A DNA stretch of 64,000 nt from Intoshia linei (Eukaryota > Animalia > Orthonectida), in the NCBI GenBank assembly GCA_001642005.1, contig LWCA01000047.1, forward strand, positions 3,643 to 67,642, written 5' to 3'. Positions 37,083 through 50,300 of this stretch are shown here, piece by piece. The position numbers and the translations under genes were made by a program. The notes beneath the pieces were generated by a model. The model was given only the letters and a program-made list of their open reading frames with translations. It did not search any database and was not told the origin of the DNA. Positions within the stretch are counted from its first letter, which is position 1; each line of letters begins with the position of its first letter.

Positions 37083-38325
37083 ATGGTTAATACGAACGAG
37101 GTAATTTTGAGGCATTAACCACATTATTTAACTAATAATTCAGAATGGTAAAATTATGAATGGAAACTCCAGTAAAACTCAGGTAATATAAATTAAATTT
37201 TCTTAGTAACGCATAATCTATAATTTATAATGCAGATATTCGAACCCATGTTAAATGAAGAAGAAAAACGATACGTCATGTTTCCCATTAAATACGATGA
37301 TCTTTGGAAAATGTACAAAAAGGCAGTAGCCTCTTTTTGGACAACTGATGAAGTTGATTTAAGCCATGACGTTTCTGATTGGAACGATAAATTAAATGAC
37401 GACGAAAGGCATTTTATTAAACACGTTTTGGCTTTTTTTGCAGCAAGCGATGGCATCGTGAATGAAAACTTGGTAAATAGTTTTAAAAATGAAAAAATAA
37501 TTAAAATTAGGCAGAAAGGTTTATAAACGATGTTAAAGTATTAGAAGCTCGTTGTTTTTACAGTTTTCAAATAATGATTGAAAATATTCACTCGGAAATG
37601 TACAGTTTGCTGATTGACACTTACATAAAAGAAAATGATGAAAAGTATAAATATTTCTACTGTATAATTTTGCAATTTAAATAGGAATCGTTTGTTCAAT
37701 GCAATCGATACGATGCCCTGCATACGAAAAAAGGCAAATTGGGCATTGAAATGGATTGGGGATGACAGTCCATACTCTCATAGAGTTGTAGCATTTGCTG
37801 CTGTAGAAGGAATTTTCTTTTCAGGTTCATTCGCTTCCATTTTTTGGTTGAAAAAACGATGTCTAATGAAAGGACTCACTTTTAGCAACGAACTCATCAG
37901 TCGAGATGAGGTATTCATTATTTCTTAGTTTATATATCTTTCAGGGGTTGCATTGTGACTTTGCTTGTTTGATGTATGATCATTTAAAGGTTAAACCTAT
38001 GGCAGAACTTGTAACACGTATAATTACTGAAGCTGTTGCAATTGAACAAGAATTTTTAACTGACGCTTTGCCCGTTAGACTAATCGGCATGAACCATGAT
38101 TTAATGTGTCAATATATTGAATTTGTTGGTGATTACCTTTTGCAAAATCTTGGACAACAAAAAGTTTACAATTCAGATAATCCCTTTGATTTCATGGATA
38201 ATATTAGTATTGGAGGAAAGACAAACTTTTTTGAACGACGAGTAGGAGAATACCAGAAATCTGGTGTCATGGACAGTATCAAGAATTGCGACAATTTTGA
38301 ATTTTCATTGAATGCTGAATTTTAA
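37083..38325 (+). CDS. RRM2: Ribonucleoside-diphosphate reductase small subunit (class Ia R2)
   Basis: Exons 37083-37100, 37144-37182, 37236-37472, 37511-37644, 37685-37910 and 37945-38325. Motifs [24 protein letters not shown] (radical Tyr), [33 protein letters not shown] and C-terminal FSLNAEF. The two tiny 5' exons are less certain. Confidence 0.95.
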
Positions 38326-38341
38326 TTTAACAATTTATAAA

Positions 38342-39045
38342 TTAAATTTTTATTGTATTATCAACAGCTGGGAAGATTATTCTTTCTAAATGGATATTAC
38401 TAAAAATTATATCAGGTGAGAATTTTTTTATTACGAAATTGAAGTGAAATTTTCTTAAATCATATAAAAATTCAAATACATACTAGTCTAATAGTTAGGG
38501 TATTAACGTTTTTAGGGTATTTTGGAAAGTAAATGATGTTCTAAATTAGAGCTTCACTTTGCATTTACCATCAAAATCACTGCTTAAAATATACCATTTT
38601 TTATTTGAACTATTGATTATTTACGAGACGTTCATAGATATTTTTAGTGGTCATTTTTTACAAGTCAAATTAATTTAAATCAGTATAGTTTTGTTATATC
38701 ATCTAAAAAAGGTCACTTTTCGAGTGTCAACTGTAAAAATGAATGTTTTAATTAAATTTTGATTCGGAAAAACCGGTGGGCGTGAAATGGTCCGAAATAC
38801 GTACGTACTTGTATTAAAAAAAATTTTAAATCATTGTTTTAGAATGATTTATAAATGAAAAATGTGGAGAAAGATTAAAAACATACAACATCTGAGGTAT
38901 TATCTACAAAAATGTCTTCGTCTTGTTCCAATATTTTTGGTCCTATAAAGCGTCTAAATGTTTGTATATTCATAAAAGGCATAGGTATATAAATCAAGGT
39001 TCCGATATACATGCATTGCATATTGTTTATTAATTGATCATTCAT
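38342..39045 (-). CDS. Hypothetical two-exon ~100-aa protein
   Basis: Open frame 39045-38887 (MNDQ..DNTSDV) ends at a GTATGT donor and joins in phase 0, after a CTAG acceptor, to open frame 38482-38342 (YVFEF..TIKI*). No recognised homology. Confidence 0.3.
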
Positions 39046-39083
39046 CAGTAATTATTTTATTTATTTCAGTAAATATAGAAACC

Positions 39084-39553
39084 AGTGCAAACCTACCGTA
39101 CACAAAACCCTCTTAGGGTCTCAACGAAATTTTCGTAAAATGGAGGCATCATTATTCCAAATTTAGCATTAAAAAAATTATATCAATCAATATATAAATA
39201 TTTTGTGTTAAATTTCAACCCAAGGCCATTGATAGGTGGCTAGACTACATATGACACTACGCATCGTCTTATTTTTCATATATTGTCATATTTTTTATTT
39301 TGGGGTAGACTCGGCTCTGATTGAGACTATCCATTTTTTGCAATTAAAAATTAATAACAGTTCGTTTTTTGTAACATAGTTAATTAAGGGCATCTACAGT
39401 TTTGTGGTTAATTATGATGAATTTAAACATCATTAAAACCCAAAAAACACCCAAATCTGATAATACTTAAAATAATGTATTTTTAATATTCATCTCAAAA
39501 TTTTTATATTAACCGTTAAATGTCAATAATTGCATTTGGTAAGGTTGGCACTA
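39084..39553. mobile_element. Unclassified TIR MITE; related copy at ~42847-43100
   Basis: Ends CAGTGCAAACCTACC / GGTAAGGTTGGCACTA; the core ACGAAATTTTCGTAAAATGG is shared with 42892-42911. Confidence 0.5.
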
Positions 39554-40086
39554 CGTTGTTAGTTTGATTTATATACTTTCAGGATATTACAAAATTATTA
39601 TAGAAAATTTAATATTAAGGCTCTATAAGACATTATGACAAAAAATAAAATATACTATATTTTTAAATACATTCTCAAAAGAAATGCATCATAACTACCC
39701 AAATGTTGACTAAAAAAGTAATAACAGTACATACAGTAATGTAGTAATGTAGTAATGTTCAGAAAATTAAACTCTATCGAATGTGCGTAAAAATATTGCG
39801 GCTAGAATTTAAAAACATGAGTTAATTATTAAAATATATAATTATTTTTGTATAGAATATTAGAATTATATAATTATACTCAGAGCCGTCTTAAGTCATA
39901 CGTGGAAGATGGGGTTGAATGATACACAATTATCAAAAAATTATATAAAAAGGATTAAAAAAAAACCCTGGGCCAAAGCACTTCAAAATATGAATAATGA
40001 GCAAAATTTAATTTATTTTGTATAGTGAATTTCATAGTAATAATTATTTCTATAACAATTAATTTTAAATTTATATTTTTTTATAT

Positions 40087-43000
40087 TTATTCAGTTTTTT
40101 CATTGGAATCGGTTTTTTATCAATTCGGTGATGATTCACTAGACGATAATTTTGCGCATCTTTATAGCTATTTGTATAAAAATTTTTATATTTAAAATAA
40201 TGTTTTTAAGAAAATTGTCATATATTAGTTACTGTGGGCGATATATTGTTCAAAACTTTAAAGGCGATGCCTCAGGGTTTTTTTAATAGTTGAGAGGTAA
40301 GACTGGGTGCAAATTGAATATTTTCAAAATGTTCATATGGTGGAAAGGTGTACTTTTAATATAAAAATTAGTTCACACCCCTAATACATATATAAAAAAT
40401 GTTTTTGATTTCCCTTTCCATTGTTTAATCTAGCGTTTGGAAAATTTTTTTCAGTTACTCCACGGGAATATAAAAATACAACAAATTTAAAAAACCACAA
40501 AAAAGAGTGTATTCATTTAGAATAGTATCCTGCCATACGTATATATAGAGATTATATTTTTGAAATGACTCAATTTGATTTACTCAGAATAAAAAATGTT
40601 CGTGTGTTAAGAGTTTATTGAAATGAATTTCCCGTTTGGGACTATATACGCATTTTGAACCAAAAAAATTACTTGGATATATATTCTTGACTATTACTCA
40701 ATATATCGTGTATTTTTTTAATAGCTAAATGTAATATGAAATTGGTTCTATAATTGCATTACTTGATTTTTTTACATTTAGAGTTAATGAATCACGTATC
40801 CATTCAATATTTTTTTTAGGTTCAGAACGGTTGTAAAAAGTGTCCCAATATCTAAAATTTAATTATAATAAAAAAATATACATTTAAAAAACATTCAACG
40901 AGGTTCATTTAACGTTACATTTTTAGATTTTTAAATCATTTAAGATAACTTACCATTACAAATTTTTATAGTTTCAATACAGATAATGTAAAATTCAATG
41001 TAGATAAATGGTTTTAAAAATATAAAAAAGGAACTAATTAATTATGTTGTAAAAACAATATATAATAAATCGTAAGAGATCTAATCACATACCTAATTTG
41101 GTAGGGTGAATCCAATGGTAAAATATCAATTTTGTGTAAATAATATTTATTTATATATTTGTCTTTATCCTTTAATAAAACAGGCCATAACATGCAAGTT
41201 TTTTTAGAAAAACTAAAATTTTATAAAGATTAAATTACAACTGAAAAATACTATTCTTTTCTTTCTTTTATACAATTTGATAAAAATGTTCCAAATCTGC
41301 ACATGAACATTTCATCCAAAATTCTAATTAAAAAGCTTTCATTATATTGAAATTCAGACGGAAAATTGCTCAAAATCTGCCAACAACATTCAATAAACTG
41401 TAAAAACACTGGAGATTTTTCATCATTTTTCGTATTTAAAAAATCACAACGATCTCTAAATTTGTGACCAAAGTGTATCCAATCTTTCTCAATTAACTCC
41501 TAAACGGTGATATTAAAATAGTATAATTATTAAATTTACTATTAGTCCGTCAATAGTTCGATAATGTGGTGACAACATCATTTGCGTCAACGAACAGGTT
41601 TGTGCTGTGCGATCCCACCCATCTAATTATTGAAAACGCAATTACATTTAATTTAAAGTGTATCAATATTTTTATCCATAGAATATAAATGCAAAATATA
41701 TTACCAGAACAGTGTGACAATACAGGATTATTTTGGATACAAACATACTAAAAAATAATAATGTAAATAAATAAAATATAAAAAATGAAATGTTACTTTG
41801 GCCATGCACTTTGATGCATCTATAATTGTTAGAATATGCTTAAGCCAAAAACTGTTTGAAATGTTGTAATTAAATTCACTTTGGTTAACAACTTTTTTAG
41901 AAGCTAAACCAATTAAGCAATGCACAAATGTATAAAACCTTTCATCATTTGTTTTAGACTATTTCTGATGACATGAATATTTTGCATATTTTGGTAAGAA
42001 AATTTTATATTTTTGTAATTTTTCTCCTTTTCGTAACCCTTTCCAGCAGCCATATTAAAATAAATATTTTTCTAGACAATCAAAATAAATTTAAACTACA
42101 AAAAATAAAAACCAAAGGACGTAAATCAACTACATTAATGATATTTGAATCGGTAGTTTTCAAAATTTGTTTAATAAAAAGTTCATCACCCAAAGAACGT
42201 TTATCAAATCCCGATTTAGGTTGGCTGGATCGACAAATAGGGATATATTGATCTTTTGTTCGAAAAATGTAAGTCAAAATGGGCAAACGTCCTTTACATC
42301 GAAATTCTGCACATCTTCTAACAGTAGTATCTAGAACGCGAGCTGGAACAATTATGTATTTAGGATAAGTTTCGCTAAGCTGTAAAGTTTTTTTAAAATA
42401 TTAATAATATAAACGGTAAAATCAGAATTTAAATGAGAAATTTTCCACAGGTGTTCAGGTAAATTCATTCGTTTATATTGTGATTTAAGACTATAAAAGG
42501 AATCCTCTTCCCATCCGATATATAAATCTGACAGGTTCATTTTGTTGTGTTGGTAGAGACAATAATTAACTAATTGGTCAATTTTTTCTAAAATTGTTAA
42601 AATAGTATAATTTTCAAAATTAATGCATATAACCGTTGATTTGTATTTTCAGTTAATGTGGAGAATCGTTAATAATAGGTTTATTTTACTAAACCTAATA
42701 TGAAAATCCCCATTTATGAACTACATAATCTTATTATTACGAATAAAATTAAACGTATAAAATAAAAACATATTTAGATAAAACCCAAGAAAAAATAATT
42801 TCAACAAAAAATGCATGCAAATATCACTAAACAGAACTCTCATCGGCAGTTCCGACCTTACTGTACCAGAAACTCCTCTTCGGTAGCCTCGACGAAATTT
42901 TCGTAAAATGGGGTTCATTTTTCCAAACTGAGAATTAAAAAATATATTCTTGAATATGAAAACTATTTTGTGTATTAAATTTAAAATATCATGGATAGAT

Positions 43001-44012
43001 GCTAAAGGCAATAAGACACTACATATAGTATGGAAAAAATTATTGGGGGCCAATTTTTAATTTTCGGGTGGTTTCGAGCTAGGTAGATTCGGCTATGCTC
43101 ATACGGGTATTTTTAAAAATTTTATCAAGAGTATTTTTTAAAAATTTATTTTTCGGAGTTTGGTTAATACCAGCGGATTTTTTGTTTAACGAGTGAAATA
43201 GATTATATTTTATTTATTTTTTTTAAATGAAATCACTCAGTCAGGGTTTAATAAAATCTTAAAATATTTATTCATGATGGAATATAAAGCAAAATTCTTC
43301 ACATTGACTGAAATACTCGAGTCTCTCTACAATTCGCAAATCTTCTACATCGTCATAGAATATTGGGAAAAGTTGATGTTATTAAACAAGGGAGACCAAC
43401 GTATCAAAACGGTTCTAAAAAAATCTAGTAATATACACGGTTAAGGTAACCATTTTTCCATTCCGAAAAAACACACCAATCCCCCTATTGACGAATTGGA
43501 CAGAGCATACGGTAATAGATAAAATACTTGTCCAAAAAAATACTTATAGTTTTAATAGATTCAAAAGTTTCTTGTATAAAAATGACATCTCCCATAGTAT
43601 AAAATTCGACAATAATATTGAAAAAATTGTGACATTTTATGTAGCAAATTTTTTTATTGGTTTCAGATTGTTTAAAAGACTTTAAAATGGAATATGGAAC
43701 CTAAATTTTTTTATTATAAAAAGAAAACTATAAACTAACAGGATATTCATGATATTCCATTTGATGTTCAGTTTCAATTTCTAGGTTATTTCTGTCATAT
43801 TGTCTATTTTTTATAATAAAATGATCTTCATTCAATGTAATTGAAATAAATTCTACATTTTTTAATTCAATTATGTCTAATCGTTGTACGTTTATCGTCT
43901 AAAAAATAAAGATTAAAAAATAGCATCCATTTACTATGATTATACTACTAGTGGGAACGATTTTTAGCGTTAGAATCGCATTCAGAATTAAATTTTGATT
44001 GAGGTGGAGCAT
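40087..44012 (-). CDS. Myotubularin-related phosphoinositide 3-phosphatase, MTMR6/7/8 subfamily, catalytic motif intact
   Basis: Spliced exons give PH-GRAM IKCHNF, YKRMNLP..WKIS, ETYP..VP..FRCKGRLPILTY, ICRSSQP, VDLRP, AAGKGYE, NIHVIRNSL, the catalytic HCS/DGWDRTAQ (split by the intron at ~41704-41623), IEKDWIHFGHKF and SPVFLQF. Start codon and last two exons are uncertain. Confidence 0.88.
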
Positions 44013-44634
44013 TGATGGAACAAGTCGAACTGAAGAACATATTTTAATTAAAATAAATAAAATTTTTAAAATATGAATAATTTTAATCGTTTTTTTTTTC
44101 AGGAATCTTTACATTTCAGCAAGGTATGTCAAATTAGTTTCATGCAAAATAACCAAATATATCAATTGTAATTATTAAACATATCATACTATCTGGAATT
44201 TGGCGATAATGAATTCATCAATTAACAAAAAATCTTCCATAATCAATATTAAATTCGACACTGGCTCACCCCGATGATCGTTAATTGATAGGATTTTAAT
44301 TTTTTTAGGTTGCTGCACCCTATTTTATATTTTTAAATAAACTGGTTTTTTTAGATTTTACAGACAATTTTAAAATAAATCATTATAAAAAAATAAGTTT
44401 TTTATGGACTCAATTGATCCATATGGACAACTTTGGCTATCCTTGCTTTACTGAAAAAATAAAAAATTAAAAATTAAAAAAGAATTATACTGTTTACAGA
44501 TCAAAGGAACAGACGTAAGAAAAAAGAATAGTCTATTAATCATAAAGTGAAAATATTTCAAAATTAAATAAAATCAAAGATAGAGGATACAAAAAAAGTT
44601 TTTTTATAATTAGCTCTATGTGGCTGGATCAGAA

Positions 44635-44866
44635 CAGGGCCGTGGAGAGGGCTACTGCCATATGACCCGGTCTACAATCATGAAGGGTCTTTTTTAATTT
44701 ATTAATAGGTAATGTTGGAAAATTTCGATAACCAATGAGACTTCCAACGATTATTTTTAATTTATAGATAATGAACGATCATAAAAATCCCATTTTTTAA
44801 AAAATTTTCATAAGCTGTCTACAATTTCCATCTGACCGGGCCTACTGCTAGCTCTCCACGACCCTG
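44635..44866. mobile_element. hAT-type MITE (related copies at 61464-61755 inverted and ~26523 partial)
   Basis: TIRs CAGGGCCGTGGAGAG / CTCTCCACGACCCTG; internal sequence shared with 61464-61755. No clean TSD. Confidence 0.65.
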
Positions 44867-45646
44867 GAGACACACAATATGAGAGGATTAATGTCCAAGA
44901 AAAAGACGGGGATATTAAACTTTATACTCCAAACTACTCAGAAATTTCAATAATAACAAAATTACTCAGATCTGAAGTAATGGCGTGGTGAAAATATATT
45001 GATTTTTCATATGCATTTCATAGTTCAGAATTTTAAGTTTTATTGCTCACATATATAAATTATATGTCAAAACGTATGATCTTTATACTATGGGATTAGT
45101 TTTTATTTCTCTACTAAGATTTTAATTTATATTTGTTGATAAAATAATTTTAATTCAAACGTGGCTCGTAGTGGTTAAGGCTTAACTCCATAATTCACCA
45201 GTATTTTAACAGGAGGGTCAAGATATAAGAGAGTAAAATATAAATACACATCTACTATAAATCACACCATTTTCTAAAAGGGTGTGCCTTATATCAAATA
45301 TTACTGTACTTCACAATGAAATGTGTTGGTGTGTCAAATTAAATAAACAAGACAAAAACTAAAACATGAAATATTCGAAATAGAAATCACCTTAATCTTG
45401 GACGTATCGATTTTTAACATTTCAGCTAAAATTCTTCAACATTTTTATATTGCAGTATCAACTGTTGTTTATTTAAATAAACAAGTTACGAATCTTGAAA
45501 ATAAAAATTGTATGTAATGATTCATATGTGGATTTAAGAGAATTTAACAATTAGTCAATAAATTAACAAGTAAAAAAATTCACAGACTCGTGAATATTTT
45601 TAAAATGTTTCACCCAATTGTAATATTCAAGATATACCATCAATAG

Positions 45647-46645
45647 CAGAGGTGTCAATTAGGGAATGATATCCGATTAATTGATTAATCGAAAACCCGG
45701 TTAATCGCTTACAATAATCGGAATATTATTCAAATAATCGGATTTTTAAAAATTTCATAAATATATCAGTGAAATCATATATCACATTACTTTTTACTTT
45801 AAAATGAATTATTCCATCTTAATTTTTTGTTTGTTAACATTAATTAAATTTAGTAATTTGTGGTTTTGGCCCTGAAGATATAATATTTTTAAAAAATTTT
45901 GAAATTTATGACAATTTTTATGATTTTAAAATCCGTATCAGCGTATATATTTTTTTTAAATTCTCAAACTCGTTTGATTTTCAAAAAAAAGGACAATTGG
46001 GATTTTTAACCCGAAAGATGTAAGCTTGGGATGTTGAAATTTATTTTGCGAGCACCCCCGGTAAAAACTGTAATTGAAATGTGGACTTTATAAAATTCTA
46101 AGACGAATAGTTATGTAAATAAAGTGGAACACCACACACAAACAAAAATTGCGTAGCATATTATATAAGTAAGGATTATTGGTTTTTATGTTAAAAATTT
46201 TGAATTCCGATTAATCGGATAATCGTTTTTCAAATAACCGGAATCATTCGATAACCGGTTTGTCAAATTTTCGAATAATCATCACTCCATAGTGTCAATT
46301 ATGCGGCCCTCGGGGCATTTGTGGCCCCAATTATGAATTGTGTGACCCGCATTATAATATAAATTTTTATTTTTTTTATAACAATTTTTTACGCATATTT
46401 CTTATTTTACAGTTTTGTCATATATTTTTTATGATATATTTATTCATTGTTACAATTTTAACATTATTTTTACACTTATTTATTTTAATTGTTTCATATT
46501 TTATTTTATGAATTAAAATTATTATAAATTAATTAAATTTGTTAGTTTTAACATAATTTTTTGAGTAAAGATTTTTTTTGTGCGGCCCACGTAATAATTT
46601 TTTTTCACATTTGGCCCGCTAAGCAAATTGAGTAAGATACCACTG
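45647..46645. mobile_element. Three-layer nest: hAT MITE > hAT MITE (45660-46291) > Helitron fragment (~45775-46175)
   Basis: Outer ends CAGAGGTGTC / GATACCACTG with GCGGCCC subterminal repeats. Inner ends TAGGGAATGAT / ATCACTCCATA with a perfect TSD GTGTCAAT (45652-45659, 46292-46299). The core matches 2557-3000. Confidence 0.8.
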
Positions 46646-47329
46646 CTATTGATTCAATAACAACTAGTCAGTAAAAATGTTGTCCTCTCAGAGGACTACT
46701 CTCTTCTTTATTTTTTGTTATTGTAATATAAAAATACATTTTGAATAATCTGTAAAAGTTAACTTCTCTCCTAAAGATTGGTTTTCTCATTTGGCTTCGA
46801 TCGGGTTATTTTCGACTCTGGTAGTGTTAAGATTAGAATAACAATGAAATAATTCAACTAATAATGATATATGACAACCGATCCGAACGTACAAGCCTCT
46901 AGGTCACCAGAAAATGAAAAACAGGTCCTTTACAAAAAATTTCACACACGATGCGTTCTATTATATAGCCCCTAGTCACCTCTCTAAGATGGTTGACTTG
47001 ATATTTTCAATTACACACAAAAAATAGTTATGATATTCACGAATATAATTTTTGTACTTGTAAATCAATTTGAAAAAATGAGAACCTATTTTACAAACAT
47101 TTTGTAAAGTTCCCGAAAAAAGATCTCTGCCAGAGACTCTCTGGTACGGTATGTTCGAGGCTGTAAGGCAATACCATGTAATATATATACCAACGAACTT
47201 TAATAATTTAATTTTAAAATAAAAATTTTAATGAAATGTAATAAGTAAATGTTAAATGAATGTTGCTAATAAGTACATTCGAAACAATTCCCATGATATA
47301 GATACAAACATAAATTTAAAAACAGGGAA

Positions 47330-50300
47330 ATGGATTTGTGCATAAAAAAGTTGTTAAATTCATATGAATCAAATAATAATGGTAAATAATGGATAAATAA
47401 TATACATTGTGTATAGTGGAGGATTTAAATAAAGCTTTGAATATAATGACGACTCATTCCAACCAATTTTCACAAAATTTTTCACACAATCCATTTAATG
47501 AAGAATTGTTTGTCAGTTTAGCAGAATTGGCATTAGAAGTATTATTTAAAATTATTAAATTTACCAATAATTAGAATAATGAGAAAATTATAACAAAAAT
47601 AATCCTTACATCATATTTACCTATCGCTATAACGCAAAGTTATTATGGCCGCGCCTTGCTTTGCCAAGCTTTAATTAGTGGACCTGAAAACACTGATGAA
47701 ATTGTACCTCAATTAAATTAAAATAAAAATATAAATTTTGTAGGATAAATTGGAAAAGGCACAAGAATATTTATTTGAAGCTCTCGAAATTGGAACAAAG
47801 TATCCAGAATGTTCATTTTTAATTTTTAACATTTCAATTACGTTTTGGAAAATTTCCGAAATATTTATGAAACAAGATTATCGCTTTTTAATTATGAATG
47901 GACTTCAAAAAATTTTTAAAGCATTAAATAAAAATAAAGATAAAGACTACATTTGGATAACGCGAATAATTATGTAAAATATTTTTTACATTTTAATTTA
48001 AAATAATAGAGAGCTTTTGAAATCATACTGCGAGGTCAACAAGAAAAATTTTGCTATAAATTTAGTTACAAATTCATTCAATATGATTAGGTCTCATGCT
48101 TCTTCATATTTTAAAGAATTTTTTCGATTGGCAGTATATTTTTTAAATTATATAAAATATTAATATTATTACTTAAAATTATGATTAGATAGTTAAAAAC
48201 TTGTTTGAAATTGGTAAATTGGATAAGGAAATAAAAATGACTACTGAAATTAATTTTTACCAAAGAATATGTCGATTGAAATGGTTGGTTTATTTAAATT
48301 ATATTTACATTTTCAATTAAATTCAGCTCTTTGGATAATAACGGACTGAGAGCCGATAATTACGATGAAATAAAAAAAATTTTTGAAACGATTTTTTCTA
48401 ATGCAAGCAAAAAAGCTTTGGTTAAAAACAAAGAGTAATCTAAACTTGTACATATTAATTAAATTTTTTTTAGTATCAATTCTGATATGCATTTGTATGG
48501 TTAAGTTAATTGTATTTATTAATGTAATTTTAGATCAATACTTTTAATTGAATTTGCTCACATGATGTATAAATACGATTTGTTGCGAGCAGTCGAACGT
48601 TTAATTAATCACTTTCGAAAAAATTATCATTGCTTCAACGCATATTCCCAATCTTTGGTACAATGTCTTGATATAGAACTAAAGATTAGAATGAAAAGTC
48701 AACCCATTAGTACTACGCGTAGATTTAGTTCAGTTGATATCAAAATTGGGAAAATTACGCCGTTAAATTCAAATAGTTCACAATCTTATTTACCACACAA
48801 TATCAGTTTAATTGAAACTCCAGTGTATAATTCTAGCAATACTTTCGGTATTATTAATGATGAGTCGATTAAACTTAGACATGAGTCTTGTGAAAATCTT
48901 ATCAATATTATCAACAATAATTTGCGCAATCAACACATTGATATTGTACAGGTTGCTTGCGTGGCTATATGGAATATGTGTCTACCACTTCTTCATTATA
49001 ACCTTAAAAATGACATTGTTAAATATATCAAATTTGCATCAGATTCATTAGAGAAAATTGAAAGGTTTATTTATTTTAATGAATGTAAACGTTACATTAG
49101 TATATAATTATTTTAATTATATGTAATATACCCTCATCAGGTAAAAATTTTTTGGGAAGGTACATTCGTTATAGAGTCCATTTCATAAACCTTACATAAT
49201 CGTGGTATAATATATGTATACTTAAAACTACATTGTTTAGTAATATGAATGAAATGCGAAGTCGTTTATATATGGAATTAGGAAAATTTTATAAAAAAGA
49301 TCAAAAGCCTATATTAGCTTTGCAGAATATAAACAAGGTTTAATTTACAATATATTTACATTTTCAAATAATAATTGATAAATCTAGGCTATGATAAAAG
49401 ATGAAAAATGTTTATATCAAAATAGTTTGTTTTATTTAAAATATCGAATCGAAAAAAGTATGCAATTGTACGAAAAACCTGTTGACATTTTAGATAAAGT
49501 TACGCAATTAATTGAACAGGTAATACATGTGTTTAAAATAATTATTATTTCTACTCATTAGTTGTTGAGTGCTGAAAATTTAACAAAAGATGACAAAAAT
49601 AGTGATTATGATAAAAACAATAATTCAGACAAAAATACTAACGAATTATTAATACAAGTGGGTGGCTTACTCGCTCCCACTTTTCGATTTGTTTTGGCGG
49701 CGGAAAATATTAAACCATTAGATATTAATGACACTATCTCATTGTTGGCTGCATCACAAAGAATGGATTCTCTTGAAGATATCAATGAAAAAATCAGAGA
49801 GTTTGAAATAATTTCAAATGGAGCAACTGAATTTCTTTTAAGGTATTTTTATATTGTAAAAATGATAATTTTGGAATGTAGATGTCAATTATGTATAGAT
49901 TTGTGTTTTTTGGCTTGGAAAAAAAATCAATTTGATATATTTCGCACTGCAGTTCGTTTTACTTTGACGTTTGCTAGTGAAAAATTGTATAGTATTGAAA
50001 AAACTAATGATAAGGATAAAAATGATAGCATCAATTCTAATGTTTCTGCAAATTATATATCCAAGTAATCCTTACTTATATACTATTGTAATGTGCTTTG
50101 TCTGTCTGTGTGTGAATCAGAGCCGTCTTAAGCCACTTCGTGGCTCTGGGCTAAGCAAAAGGCCAGAGATCGTTTAAAGTTTCAAAGTTTTAAAGAGCGA
50201 AGCGATAAAAAAATTTTAGGGCTCCTTTTTAGAAGACAGGGCATACTGTTGATTGGAGACTTAAAGTCTTATTTCATTGAGTATTAGTAAAGGCATTAAA

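Noticed and set aside
37230-38325. Viral or horizontally acquired ribonucleotide reductase
   Set aside because: Five spliceosomal introns, a eukaryote-type C-terminal peptide and no viral neighbours.
45161-45225. tRNA/SINE-like A-box GTGGCTCGTAGTGGTTAAGGC
   Set aside because: No convincing B-box or cloverleaf follows.
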